This document shows, one piece after another, positions 21,977 to 32,828 of a stretch of DNA of 64,000 nt. The notes under the pieces are model-generated. The model ran no database searches. It worked only from the letters and a program-made list of their open reading frames with translations, and had not been told where the DNA came from. The stretch is from Candidatus Moanibacter sp. (GTDB lineage Bacteria; Verrucomicrobiota; Verrucomicrobiia; Opitutales; UBA2987), in NCBI GenBank assembly GCA_965215885.1, contig CBDCEW010000093.1, forward strand, positions 62,801 through 126,800. Direction: 5' to 3'. A program made the position numbers and the translations under genes. Each line of letters begins with the position of its first letter. Positions within the stretch are counted from its first letter, which is position 1.

Positions 21977-23253
21977 TGAGCATTTCCTCCGATCTTTTCG
22001 AAAAAGCCCTGCGTCTGATGCCGGGAGGGGTAAATTCGCCGGTGCGCGCATTTAGGTCCGTCGGCGGCGCACCTTTTTTTACAACCAGCGCCAACGGTGC
22101 GATTCTGACAACAGCTGATTACACCGAACTGATCGACTTCGTCTCCACCTGGGGGCCCGCCATTCACGGACACAACCATCCCGTTATCCGAACCGCCATC
22201 GCGGAAGCTCTCGAACGCGGAACGAGCTTCGGTACCCCGAATCCTTATGAAGTGGAAATGGCCGAATTGATTGTTGATATGGTACCCTCAATCGAGAAGG
22301 TGCGAATGTGCAATAGTGGCACGGAGGCAACGATGAGTTGTATCCGATTGGCACGCGGTTACACCAACCGCCCGAAGATAGTAAAATTCGCCGGTTGCTA
22401 CCATGGACACGTCGATTCCCTCCTCGTAAAAGCGGGATCGGGAGCGCTTACTTTCGGGCATCCCGACAGCGCCGGTATTCCGGAGTCTTTCGCCCGAGAG
22501 ACGCTCGTCTGCAACCTCAATGATGTGTCCTCTGTGACCACCGCGTTCGAAAATTTCGGACCCCGGATAGCAGGGGTAATCATTGAGCCCTATGCCGCCA
22601 ATAACTGCCTCATTCTTCCTGATCCAGGCTTCCTGCAGGTACTTCGCGATCGCTGCGCCGAATACGAGTGTGTCCTCATATTCGACGAAGTAATGACTGG
22701 TTTCCGGGTGGGGCTGGGAGGAGTGCAGGAAAAGGATGGAGTAGTTCCCGACCTTACTGCGCTTGGAAAGATTATCGGTGGGGGCCTCCCCGTCGGAGCA
22801 TTCGGAGGAAAGTCGGAAATTCTCGATTTTCTGGCGCCCGATGGGCCAGTATATCAGGCCGGAACTCTGAGTGGGAATCCACTCGCCATGGCCGCGGGGA
22901 TCGCTGCCCTCAAGTTGCTTCGCGAGACCGACCCTTACGGCCGGCTCGAAGCCATGGGTGAACAAATTGCCGAGAGCGTCGGGGAAGCTGCGCGGATGAA
23001 AGGTTTACCCATTCAGGTGCCTCAGGCAGGCTCCATGTTTTCGCTCATTTTCGCGGAAGAACCAGTGCGTGACCTTGAAGGCGCCACCGCCTCGAATACT
23101 GAAAATTTCAACGCCCTTTTTCGCTACGCCCTCGACCATGGCGTCTACCTTCCGCCGTCGGCCTTTGAAACCTGCTTCATCAGTACCGCCCACACCCAGG
23201 ATACGATCGACAAAGCCTCTGAAATCCTGGCTGAGGGTGTGAGGTCGATTTAG
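21976..23253 (+). CDS. hemL: Glutamate-1-semialdehyde 2,1-aminomutase
   Basis: [53 protein letters not shown]. Confidence 0.97.
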   Translation: MSISSDLFEKALRLMPGGVNSPVRAFRSVGGAPFFTTSANGAILTTADYTELIDFVSTWGPAIHGHNHPVIRTAIAEALERGTSFGTPNPYEVEMAELIVDMVPSIEKVRMCNSGTEATMSCIRLARGYTNRPKIVKFAGCYHGHVDSLLVKAGSGALTFGHPDSAGIPESFARETLVCNLNDVSSVTTAFENFGPRIAGVIIEPYAANNCLILPDPGFLQVLRDRCAEYECVLIFDEVMTGFRVGLGGVQEKDGVVPDLTALGKIIGGGLPVGAFGGKSEILDFLAPDGPVYQAGTLSGNPLAMAAGIAALKLLRETDPYGRLEAMGEQIAESVGEAARMKGLPIQVPQAGSMFSLIFAEEPVRDLEGATASNTENFNALFRYALDHGVYLPPSAFETCFISTAHTQDTIDKASEILAEGVRSI

Positions 23254-23509
23254 CCCGCTTTTCCGCAAATTCGCTAATCGCCCATCGACTACGAGCTAAG
23301 AGTTGCCATCCTTGCACAACTTCGTCGTAAGCATTGTCGTAAACTTTGTCGCAAGCTTCGTCGCCCTTTTCGTTCACTTTCGACAAATTTTGCGACGAGG
23401 CTTACGACAAGGTTATTTTTCGCAGCTTCACTTCCCTCCCTTTCGCGCATTTTCGCGTGTTTAGCGGGCACTCCTCTTCAAGAACGAGCACGAGCACGAA
23501 TTCCCCCAA

Positions 23510-24382
23510 TTACTTCCCCCAGCCCCGCAACCTGCCCATCCAAACCCTTTCAATCTCTCCTCGAGCGACGATCGCGTCCTTCCACACATCCGGAAAACAA
23601 TCCAGGGCGTAACCGGATCCCTTGGGCCCCAGTTCCACGACGGCGTAGAGGGTCTTTCCCGCCCTTGCCCCGGCCAACCAGGCGCCCAGGGCAGGACGCA
23701 GAAAATTATCGCGCCACGCCATAAAATCCGCATCCAGCTTACCGCGACCGTTAGTAATGGGAGTCTGACAGTGGCTCCCGGTAAAAGTGCGAAAGTGGAT
23801 AAGCTCGCTCATCTTAAATAAATCCAGCCGGCGTTCCGACAGGCGCAGCCAGAAATGGGCCGGTGCGAGCTGCTTGATTATAGCCGGGTGGGAATGGTCG
23901 AAATTCATGCGCAGCTTCTCCTTGTAGCGCTTCTGATAGGCATCGGCCAAATCCAAGGCCTTCTCCGGAGTTTCGGTGCAGGTGTCCCGGTGCCACTCGA
24001 TCGCCGGTTGTATTCCCATATTCTTTCCCGCTTCCATCACCATGCGCGCTATCGGCATCGACTTTGCAGTCGGTGTATCGTGATCACAAAGCTGGACGTT
24101 CACATGCTTCACCCCTAAATCCCTGAAAGCCTGCAACTTGGGTTCGGCTTCCACCGCTTTGCCAACATCCACCCCGCCGATCAGGGTGAGACCATATTTC
24201 ACGCATGCCTCCGCGATAGCCGGTTCCGCCCCGGAGCTGAAGCCGTCAAAACCCGCCTCCTTGACGCGTTTTATCTTGGTCTCGATGCTCCACTCCTTTT
24301 CAGCAGATGGATAGTTCCTCAGCGTCCAGGCGGCGGCGCAAAGTTTCAGTTGCGGTTTGCTCGAGGCTTCCTTCTTGGCCAT
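23510..24382 (-). CDS. Sugar phosphate isomerase/epimerase (xylose-isomerase-like TIM barrel)
   Basis: AGFDG, IEWHRD, FDHSH, IHFR and ELGP metal-site pattern. Confidence 0.75.
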   Translation of the reverse strand: MAKKEASSKPQLKLCAAAWTLRNYPSAEKEWSIETKIKRVKEAGFDGFSSGAEPAIAEACVKYGLTLIGGVDVGKAVEAEPKLQAFRDLGVKHVNVQLCDHDTPTAKSMPIARMVMEAGKNMGIQPAIEWHRDTCTETPEKALDLADAYQKRYKEKLRMNFDHSHPAIIKQLAPAHFWLRLSERRLDLFKMSELIHFRTFTGSHCQTPITNGRGKLDADFMAWRDNFLRPALGAWLAGARAGKTLYAVVELGPKGSGYALDCFPDVWKDAIVARGEIERVWMGRLRGWGK

Positions 24383-24922
24383 TGTATTCCTCTTTCGTTG
24401 TCGTTAGTCCAGGTATGAACGAGATTTTCTCGAATTTGAGGAGATTACGCACGGAACGACCTTCGTCAAGACTCCCCAAGTCTTAATCGTCGTTATAATC
24501 GTAGTCGAAAATCGAAAGATCGACTGAAGATCACGGCCTGCCATGAGCCTGTCGAATGGATTGAGAGGCACGATGGAAGAGGGGGAACCTGTTCGATCTT
24601 CTGTCATGATCGAATTTCGACCTTTGACTACGATTACGACTTTCGAGCGAACCTCTCGCCCAATCCTAATTCGGCGTAGCACCGTCGAACTGCTGCGCGA
24701 TTCGGACCTTTTCCATGGCTTGGTGAGAAAGTGGCTGCCGAATCAGGTATGCAGATCCCCAGCTAACGATATTTCGACAGAGCTTACGACGAAGTTGACG
24801 ACAAAGCTCAGGATGTCTCGGTCCTACTTCGGAGACCGACCATCGACTACGATTACGACCACGACCTTCGTGTGAACCTCCATCAAATCCCAATCGTCAT
24901 CAAGATCGATTCCGAATCCTCA

Positions 24923-26038
24923 TCAAGAGATTTCAAAATGCCTACCCTGAACGCAGGTGATGCCGTCCGGCTCCTGTCCGTAGTAACAACAGAATAGCTT
25001 TCCCGGTTCATATTCAATCGTTGTGGGATAACCCAGATCCCCATTAGGAAGATCGTCGCGAATGATGATTTCTTCATCGAGTTCCCAACTTCGACCTCCA
25101 TCTTCCGAAAGGCAGGCACGAATTCCGAAGGGCTCCACACGTCGGCCATAAGTACAAAGGAGCCTGCCGTCCCGAAGGACGAGCAGCTGCCCGGGATGAC
25201 CAAAAATGGCGGTTTTTTCGTAACCGCTCCAACTCTCTCCTCCGTTGTGGGAGCGGCAATCGTGAAGGTAGCCCGTATCGTTGCGAAGGATACAGAAAAT
25301 CTCCCCGGGTGAAACTTCGGCAATATCGGGTTCACCGAAGAGAAGATCCGGGCAATCGCAAATCACTTTCGGTTCCGTCCACGATACTCCGCCGTCGGAG
25401 GAAAAGACGATGTATGTATGGCGACTGGTGGGAGGATGGTGCTCAGTCGCCGCATATGCCAGTCGTCCGTCAGCCAGTTCGATGACCCCGGTCCTCGTGT
25501 AACCATCGCGAAAAGGATCCGTGTCAATCTTGATTGTTTCATCAAAGAGGTATCCGCCATCCCTGCTCAAGTGATGGTAAAGTCCATGATAACCACGCGC
25601 CCACGGGTAGCATGCTTCCTCCCACTCTTCATCGGAAAATTCCTCTGTCCAACCCCGGTTCGGGAGATTGATCGAGATCGGTTCACCCTCTGCCCGTCTT
25701 TTCTTTGCAAGGGGGAGCGGATACCAGCCGAAGCGGAACTGAGAAAGTATGATTGTGCCGTTATTAATCTGAGCAATTCCCGGACACTCGGTTCCGTACC
25801 AGTCGAAGTCGGGCGCGAAGACCGGTTCCTGCCAGGTTTCCCCGCGATCGGTCGATCGGCAGAGAAGGGTTCGAAAAAGGGGATCGCTTGGCGGATGCAT
25901 CCTCCGCTCTCGCCGCCTGGAATGATTGAATGCGGCAAGCCAATCTCCATTCTTCAAGCCCGTTATGGACGGATGCGAAATATAGGCATAAGGATCCTTA
26001 TGAACGATCCGATTTTGGCCAATTGTATGATCTTTCAT
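24923..26038 (-). CDS. BNR/Asp-box sialidase-like protein
   Basis: Repeated SxDxGxTW boxes; DLGYP; no signal peptide. Confidence 0.85.
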   Translation of the reverse strand: MKDHTIGQNRIVHKDPYAYISHPSITGLKNGDWLAAFNHSRRRERRMHPPSDPLFRTLLCRSTDRGETWQEPVFAPDFDWYGTECPGIAQINNGTIILSQFRFGWYPLPLAKKRRAEGEPISINLPNRGWTEEFSDEEWEEACYPWARGYHGLYHHLSRDGGYLFDETIKIDTDPFRDGYTRTGVIELADGRLAYAATEHHPPTSRHTYIVFSSDGGVSWTEPKVICDCPDLLFGEPDIAEVSPGEIFCILRNDTGYLHDCRSHNGGESWSGYEKTAIFGHPGQLLVLRDGRLLCTYGRRVEPFGIRACLSEDGGRSWELDEEIIIRDDLPNGDLGYPTTIEYEPGKLFCCYYGQEPDGITCVQGRHFEIS

Positions 26039-26438
26039 GCAAAGTTCTAAGCTATTCGCAGAATATCGGGCTGATGTTCAAACAATTTCGCTCCGTTCTT
26101 CAATTAAGAATGTCTCGCTCTCTTATTATACATTTTTAAGAAATGTTAAATAATAATGAATTCTCAATTATAAATCTCACGAATCAGCCACCAGCGCCCC
26201 CCTTCCATCTTCGCCCGGAAGGATGTTCATACACCCAAACTTTCGTTATCGGCTCACTGAATTTGCGGTTTTCAATTTCCTCACTCCTAATCCGTTGCTC
26301 TTCTTTATTCCTCTGCTCACTCTCCCCATCCGTGGTACTGCGGAGCTCCCGGCTCGCCGGGATGGGAGCATATCTCTTCTCTAAATCGCTGCTAACTGTT
26401 GGACCATCGTCCTCCCGGCAATCGCAGCTAAAAGAGGT

Positions 26439-27815
26439 TTGGCCAGTATTAACTTGACCAAATGGACAAGCAGAGGAGAAAATTCGAGTTCAGCCAATGC
26501 AGCCGCAACTGGATGTCGATCGATACTTTTCCTGCCTGCCGGTGGATACTTTTCCTGCCTGCCGGTGGAACCGGCACATCCGGGTCACCTCGAGACGACG
26601 TTGTGCAAAGGAGCGGGGGATGACGTCTATCTTATCTATTACACCCCGCCGAGTTCCAGGATAACCTACGCCGGGCAGATTAATGTCAGGACCTCGGCCG
26701 ATCGGGGGCGCACCTGGAGCATCGATCGGGTCCTGGTGGACAAAGCGGGGGAGCTGATCCTGGGCAGTCACATCACCATGTTGCGCCTCAAGTCCGGCCG
26801 CCTTGCACTGGTTTATGCTTCGGACGCGGCGCCGCTGGCACGAACCGGCCGCGATGGCGGGACCCTCTTCCGCACCAGCGAGGACGAGGGCAACAGCTGG
26901 TCAGAGGCCGTGCCTGTCGAGCCGCGTTTCGGCATCTGCTGCAGCGGACATGCTCTCGTCCTGGCCAGTGGACGCATCGTTGTGCCCCTCTTCCGCTGGG
27001 TCAGCCCCGATCCGGGCGGGGATGCCGAAAACTGGTCTGTCAACGGTTGGGACGACGACGATTCCGGAGGAACATTATCCTACGTCTATTCCTACGTATC
27101 AGACGATGAGGGCAAAAGCTGGCAGATCAGCCTGAGCGAGCTCTTCATAAGCCGGCAGCGCGCCGCCTTCGACCTCGAGGAGCCCACCGTCGTGGAACTG
27201 AACGATGGGCGTTTGTTGATGCACATGCGCAGCCAAGTGGGACGCATCTACCGGTCTATCTCCGCCGACGGCGGGATCTGTTGGTCGAACCCACAGCCGT
27301 TGCACATTGCCAGTGCTTACACGCCGCAATTTCTTAGTCGCATGCCCGGCGGCGAACTCTTGATGATCTGGAATCAGGCTTCGCGGCAGGAAATTCTCTC
27401 GGGGTTGCACCGTACGCGCCTGAGCTGTGCCGTGTCCAGGGACGAGGGCGAGACATGGACCAACTTCAAGAATCTGGAATCCCTCGACGATCGCATCGAA
27501 ATACGACCGCCTCCCAGTAGCCTCGTTCAGGTCTACGAACAGTTCGAAGCCTACGGTTACAAGCAACCAAATGACACAGAGCGTTACCACCGCGCTCCGG
27601 GAGTCCTTCGGATCTGTTATCCCAATGTCCTGTTCGTCGATGGAGAAGCGATCATCGTCTACGATTGGGGTTACGGTTCACTGGGCGACAAGCTCGGCTC
27701 CAAATTGCGGGTCGTGCCCCTTGACTGGTTACTCGAATCACCAGAAGGAAGTCCTGACCAGACACGCCAGTCGGGCGAAATCCCCCACCCGAACCACACT
27801 CTTCCGAGAGCTTGA
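26439..27815 (+). CDS. BNR/Asp-box sialidase-like protein (start uncertain)
   Basis: Five SxDxGxxW boxes; EPTVVEL; CYP. Confidence 0.8.
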   Translation: MASINLTKWTSRGENSSSANAAATGCRSILFLPAGGYFSCLPVEPAHPGHLETTLCKGAGDDVYLIYYTPPSSRITYAGQINVRTSADRGRTWSIDRVLVDKAGELILGSHITMLRLKSGRLALVYASDAAPLARTGRDGGTLFRTSEDEGNSWSEAVPVEPRFGICCSGHALVLASGRIVVPLFRWVSPDPGGDAENWSVNGWDDDDSGGTLSYVYSYVSDDEGKSWQISLSELFISRQRAAFDLEEPTVVELNDGRLLMHMRSQVGRIYRSISADGGICWSNPQPLHIASAYTPQFLSRMPGGELLMIWNQASRQEILSGLHRTRLSCAVSRDEGETWTNFKNLESLDDRIEIRPPPSSLVQVYEQFEAYGYKQPNDTERYHRAPGVLRICYPNVLFVDGEAIIVYDWGYGSLGDKLGSKLRVVPLDWLLESPEGSPDQTRQSGEIPHPNHTLPRA

Positions 27816-27947
27816 TGATCTCCCCTTTCGATCTTAGATCACGAGTATGATGCACGACACAATATCCATCAGCTTCCATTCCCCCATCGTGACTCTCAAT
27901 CGTGATCTCCAGTCGATCTTCTCCTCTTTCGATTTTAAATCCCATAG

Positions 27948-28724
27948 ATGAGCTATCTTGAGCAACTGTTTTCCCTGGTAGGCAAAATCGGGGTCGTAAC
28001 CGGTGCCATTCGCGGCATTGGCCGGGGGCTGGCCGAGGCCCTGCTCAGGGCGGGCGCAAGGGTGATCCTGGTCGCAACCAATGAGGAGCGCCTCGAGGAA
28101 ACGACGCGCTCGTTTGTGGAACAGGGTCTCGATGCCTCGGCCCGTCGCTGCGATCTGGAAGATGCGCAGCAAATCGATGAATTGGTCGAGTGGGTGGAAC
28201 ATGAATGCGGCAGAATAGACGTTCTGGTAAATGCCGCCGGCGTGACCTATACTCACCACCTGTTGGATTATCCGGATGAACAGTGGGAAAAGACCCTCCG
28301 AATCGACCTAGATGCGCCTTTCCGATTGTCCAGGGGTTTTGGCAGGATGATGAAGGAGCAGGGCGGCGGTTCAATCGTCAACATCACCAGCGTCTGGGCT
28401 GAGCTGGGCGGTGGAGACAACCCTGCCTACGGCGCGGCCAAGGGCGCCCTGCGGCAGCTGACCAAAGCCATGGCCGTGGACCTGGGCCCTTTCGGCATCC
28501 GGGTAAACAATATCGGCCCGGGCTACTTCCGCACGGACATGACTCGGGGCAGCTGGAGCGATCCTGAAATGAGACAGCAGCGAATCGGGCGGACGATTCT
28601 GAACCGGGGGGGCGAAGTAGAGGATATGGCCGGAATGGTAGTCCTCCTTGCCTCTGACGCTTCCAGCTACATCACCGGCCAGGATTTCTATGTCGACGGC
28701 GGTTGGGTGGTCAAATTGGTGTAG
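27948..28724 (+). CDS. Short-chain dehydrogenase/reductase (gluconate 5-dehydrogenase/KduD-like)
   Basis: TGAIRGIG, NAAG, YGAAK, GPGYFRT, VDGG. Confidence 0.9.
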   Translation: MSYLEQLFSLVGKIGVVTGAIRGIGRGLAEALLRAGARVILVATNEERLEETTRSFVEQGLDASARRCDLEDAQQIDELVEWVEHECGRIDVLVNAAGVTYTHHLLDYPDEQWEKTLRIDLDAPFRLSRGFGRMMKEQGGGSIVNITSVWAELGGGDNPAYGAAKGALRQLTKAMAVDLGPFGIRVNNIGPGYFRTDMTRGSWSDPEMRQQRIGRTILNRGGEVEDMAGMVVLLASDASSYITGQDFYVDGGWVVKLV

Positions 28725-29012
28725 GAATTCCTTTCTCAACTTCGTCGTAAGCATTGTCGTAAGCTTCGTCGCTTCAACGATCTCGTTCCGTATCGCGGCA
28801 TGATGGCTCATCACCGGCCTGAAGGAAGACCTTGTAGCATGAGCTTTCGGCTGCGCACGGCCGCAGGTTTAGTCTTCGGGTTACGCCCTCACGACTTTCG
28901 CGCAGCCGTCACTTTCATGCGCAAGATGTTTGCAAAGGATATTATCTTTATCCGGATTTTAAGATTTGTCCATTGGACGGCGAGGCAAGTCTTCATAATC
29001 ATTCCTGAAGCC

Positions 29013-30341
29013 ATGACCACGGTCAGTTTCGGTAGAGAGATCTCGCGCACCCCGATTTGGCTTATTGAGGAGAATCCCCTGGCTGATATACCATGGTCAA
29101 AACAACCCAAGGCAATCCTTCCAGACGATAGTGAAGTGGTCGTGATTGGCGCCGGATTTACTGGAGCAGGTTGTGCCTACTTCTGGTCGAAACATGATGC
29201 CAAGCCCATGGTCATTCTGGAAATGGACGATCCGGCATCCGGAGCCAGCGGCCGCAACGGTGGCGAAATCGTCATGGGTCGATACTATGCTTTGGTTAAG
29301 AATACAGTGAGACCTTATCTCGATAAAGTCCGCGCGGATTTGACCGGGGAACAGCGGGACCAACTCAGTTCTCAATTTTCAACAGCTTATGTTAGAAGCG
29401 CTTACAAGAATGCGGCGATGATTGAAGAAACGGTCAACGATGAGGGCATAGAATGTAATTACAGGAGAAAGGGGTGGATCCAGGCCCGCGATAGGGAGGA
29501 GCAAACAGCTCTCAAGGAATCGGTTCGCCTTGGGCTGGAAGCCGGTTTTGACGACTGGACCGAGATATCCCCTGAAGAAGTCCGGCAACGGGGCGGAATG
29601 AAAGTCGACTGCCCAGCCGGATTTTCGCGGGGCACGGCAACCTTTCATCCGGCCAAATGGGTGTGGTCACTAATTGAGATCGCTCTCCGGAGTCCTCGGG
29701 TCGAACTTTATACGCGGACACGAGTCACGCAAGTCGAAGATGCCGGTGACTATTATATTGTAGGAACCAATCGTGGTAAAATCAAAGCGCGTTATGTGAT
29801 CAACGCCACCGAGTCCTACACCGCTCTTATTCACCGTCACTACCGCGACTTAATCCAGGCGGTGCAGACACAAAGTTCTTTCGGGCAAGGTGGACCACGG
29901 GATATGCAACCCCATATCGGGCTCAGCAATAATCGCGGATTTTTCGGTCGAGTAGAAGGGGGAACCACTTTGGGTTCAGATGAAACGCCTCTACCCTATC
30001 ACCGGGCCGGTTGTAACAATCCTTCACGGTTTATTACCAAATTCCTCATTGGTGAACTCCATCGATATTTCGGGCAGAGTGAAATTCACATGACTCATGA
30101 ATGGAGCGGCACCGCCGGTTTTACCGTCGATGAATATCCTGTTGTCGGCCTGCTCGACGGTAAACGACAGTATATCGTCGGTGGAATGTGTGGATCCGGC
30201 ACCGCGGTCTCGTTTAATGGAGCGCGCCATGTCGTGCAGCAGATACTTGGCCTCGAAGGACCCGACGATTACCCCCAGGCCTACTTTGCCCCCTCTCGCC
30301 TGCTCGATCCCACCAACCATCCCTGGCCCTCAGTCGAGTAG
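29013..30341 (+). CDS. FAD-dependent oxidoreductase (DAO/glycine oxidase/PuuB family)
   Basis: VIGAGFTG, GASGRNGG, HPAK, WSG...D..P.VG; ATG at 29013 is the likely start. Confidence 0.85.
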   Translation: MTTVSFGREISRTPIWLIEENPLADIPWSKQPKAILPDDSEVVVIGAGFTGAGCAYFWSKHDAKPMVILEMDDPASGASGRNGGEIVMGRYYALVKNTVRPYLDKVRADLTGEQRDQLSSQFSTAYVRSAYKNAAMIEETVNDEGIECNYRRKGWIQARDREEQTALKESVRLGLEAGFDDWTEISPEEVRQRGGMKVDCPAGFSRGTATFHPAKWVWSLIEIALRSPRVELYTRTRVTQVEDAGDYYIVGTNRGKIKARYVINATESYTALIHRHYRDLIQAVQTQSSFGQGGPRDMQPHIGLSNNRGFFGRVEGGTTLGSDETPLPYHRAGCNNPSRFITKFLIGELHRYFGQSEIHMTHEWSGTAGFTVDEYPVVGLLDGKRQYIVGGMCGSGTAVSFNGARHVVQQILGLEGPDDYPQAYFAPSRLLDPTNHPWPSVE

Positions 30342-30378
30342 TCGGATTCTTTGTAAAACAGACATGCAAGCACTCGCA

Positions 30379-30622
30379 TATTATTGCCTCCCAAACTTCG
30401 TCGCAAGCCTCGTCGTAGGCTTAGTCGAGAGAGCGACCGAATTCCACGACAAAGCTCGCGACAAAGAAACCCTGACGGGGAGAGAAGCTTCCTCTATCCT
30501 TCATTGTAAGCCTCCTCGAGAGAGCAAAAAAATGGCGATCCCGCTCAGCGGGATTGACGACGAAGCCCTTCGACAAGCTCAGGGCCCCGAGCAGAGTCGA
30601 GGGGCTTACGACAAAGGTTCGG
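30379..30622 (+). repeat. ~200-bp repeat family A built of 12-bp units (AAGCTTCGTCGT-like); this copy carries micro-insertions
   Basis: Aligns by eye to 57227..57443 (+) and 50410..50614 (-). Confidence 0.85.
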
Positions 30623-30629
30623 CGAAGAT

Positions 30630-30694
30630 CGAAAAGCTACCACTTTCCGCTACGTTCCGAATCGAAGTGTGTAGCGGAAAGCGGGAGCTTTTCG
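30630..30694. repeat. REP doublet, GTAGCGGAAAG family
   Basis: CGAAAAGCTACCACTTTCCGCTAC, 17 nt, GTAGCGGAAAGCGGGAGCTTTTCG. Confidence 0.65.
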
Positions 30695-30790
30695 TTCTGC
30701 CACCTCGGCAAGTATCACACCCGTTTGATTCGGCGGCCCGCCGGGGCTCCGCTGAGCGGGATTCTAGTTCTCAAAATCGCGTCTTAACGA

Positions 30791-31729
30791 CTACGGTTCC
30801 CACGTCTTCGCGATTTCGGCGTATTTGCGGGCCTGGTCAATGATATCGACTCCAACCTCCTCAGACCACGCCGCCAGCAGCTTCCCATAGAGTGGTCCCG
30901 GTTTGCCGTCGCCGATCGGATAGAAGTTAAACCGGGTGATAGGCATCATACAGACCGTGGTGCTGGTCCACCAGGCTTCATCAGCTTCCCGCACGTCATA
31001 GGGTCCAATATCCGCTTCGCAAACGGCAATGCCGAGACGAGAGGCCAGTTCCATACAGGCTCCCCTCGATACGCCGCGAAGTATATCATGTGGTTTGGGT
31101 GTATAGATTACCCCGTCTCGAGCCATAAAAAAGTTGTTGCCGGTGCCTTCTGTAATAAACCCGCGTTCGTCGGTGAGCAACGCGTTGGCTCCTTCCTCCA
31201 AACGGGCCGCATAAAGCTCCGCTATTTTGTAAAAAATGCGGCTTCGATTTTTCGTCTTGGGGTCGATATACCGGGCCGGCACGGATTGCTGCGGCGTGGT
31301 CACAAAGTGCGATCCGGCCTCGTAAGTCTCGATCTGGTTACCCGTATGCCGGATAAGCGGAAAGACATTGATCGAGACAATGGGTCGAGTTCCCTCCTTA
31401 ACAATACCCCTGTAAAGGGATAACCCGCCCCGGGTGACGTCGTGCATGATCTGAAAATCCACGCCATCGAGGGCGGGAAGGTTCCGCTCGATGGTCTCAT
31501 GGGTGGCGGCTTCCATTTCATCGATCGTCAGGCCACAGTCAATTTCCACATAGCGCATGGAGGCGTAGAGCCGATCCAGGTGCTCGCGTAATCGATAGGG
31601 TTTCTGATTAAACGAGCGGGTCATCTCAAAGATCATATCGCCGTACATAAGCGCGCAATCGAATATTGATATTCGCGCTTCCTGCTCGGGGATGAATTCT
31701 CCGTTAAAATAGACCAGACGGTGTGACAT
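30791..31729 (-). CDS. Class IV PLP aminotransferase (IlvE/D-amino-acid transaminase family)
   Basis: YGD.IFE, HLDRL, EGTGNNFF, ILRGVSR, EADE. Confidence 0.9.
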   Translation of the reverse strand: MSHRLVYFNGEFIPEQEARISIFDCALMYGDMIFEMTRSFNQKPYRLREHLDRLYASMRYVEIDCGLTIDEMEAATHETIERNLPALDGVDFQIMHDVTRGGLSLYRGIVKEGTRPIVSINVFPLIRHTGNQIETYEAGSHFVTTPQQSVPARYIDPKTKNRSRIFYKIAELYAARLEEGANALLTDERGFITEGTGNNFFMARDGVIYTPKPHDILRGVSRGACMELASRLGIAVCEADIGPYDVREADEAWWTSTTVCMMPITRFNFYPIGDGKPGPLYGKLLAAWSEEVGVDIIDQARKYAEIAKTWEP

Positions 31730-31805
31730 AAATTGAACTTTCCAGTTATGCAGTCATCTGACAAGCACTTAACTCAAAACTTGTCTGCCCTGGGCTGGGT
31801 TACTG

Positions 31806-32828
31806 TCACGTCCAGTCCCGCTCTACCACTCCGATGCCCGGTCGATCCGGCAAAATAAGTCTGCCCTCTTTCTCTTCCACACCCGCAAAACGGTCATTGG
31901 CGATGAGGAGGTGTCCGTCGAGGTCGGCGTAATCAACGAGCGGTGAAAGGTGTGCCGCCGCCGTTATGCTCAGGCTTGTTTCGATAAAGCAGCCGAGCAT
32001 GATCTTCATTCCCTGGGTCCGAGCAAGATGAACCATCTTCAGCGCCTCATTCAGTCCGCCGCATTTGGACAACTTAATATTGATCCCATGCACGCAGCCT
32101 CTAAGGCGAAGAACATCCTTCGCGGTGCGGGCGCTTTCATCGGCAATGATCGGAAGCGAACTCAAATCGGTGAGCCGCTTCAAGCCTTCCAGATCTTGAG
32201 CCGGGAGCGGCTGTTCCACCAACTCGACGCCTTCGTCCGCGAGCCATTTTACTTTTTCCCGTGCCTCCTCGAAACCCCAGGCGGCATTGGCATCGACCCA
32301 TATCGGAACGGAAGTAACGCCGCGAACTGCTGAGACGATCTCCCTGTCTCTCTCGGTCCCAAGCTTCAACTTCAAAACAGGATAATCCCTGGCCTCTTCG
32401 AGTTTTCCGCAAAGCTCCTCGCCTTCGGCCAGCCCGATCGTGAACGAGGTTAGCGGAGTCTCCGCCGGATTGAGACCGAAAAGGCGATAAAGAGGAACGC
32501 CCAGACGCTTTCCCAACCAATCGTACAGAGCCATATCCACCGCCGCGAGAGCGGAACGCTGCTCGCCCAAAATTCCCTCCGCCCGTTCCAGAATCTTCTC
32601 TCGTAAAAAGGGCTCCACGAAATCGGACTCGCTCATCCCTCGCAGGCGCTCCTGGACAGATTCTGCCGTCTGGTTATAGTAAACACTCGGGGCGGCCTCT
32701 CCCAATCCGCAAATCCCGTCCTCATCGGTCAGTTTTAGGAGGACATTTTTTCTCTTGTCGCTGGCTTCGCGAGCAATGCGAAAGGTATGCCTCAAGGTCA
32801 GGGGAATTGACGATACTTCTACCTTCAT
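31806..32828 (-). CDS. Dipeptide epimerase / N-acetyl-D-Glu racemase-like enolase-superfamily protein (DgcA/AEE)
   Basis: KLKLG, VDAN, EQP, ADES, IKLSKCGG, DLDG. Confidence 0.9.
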   Translation of the reverse strand: MKVEVSSIPLTLRHTFRIAREASDKRKNVLLKLTDEDGICGLGEAAPSVYYNQTAESVQERLRGMSESDFVEPFLREKILERAEGILGEQRSALAAVDMALYDWLGKRLGVPLYRLFGLNPAETPLTSFTIGLAEGEELCGKLEEARDYPVLKLKLGTERDREIVSAVRGVTSVPIWVDANAAWGFEEAREKVKWLADEGVELVEQPLPAQDLEGLKRLTDLSSLPIIADESARTAKDVLRLRGCVHGINIKLSKCGGLNEALKMVHLARTQGMKIMLGCFIETSLSITAAAHLSPLVDYADLDGHLLIANDRFAGVEEKEGRLILPDRPGIGVVERDWT

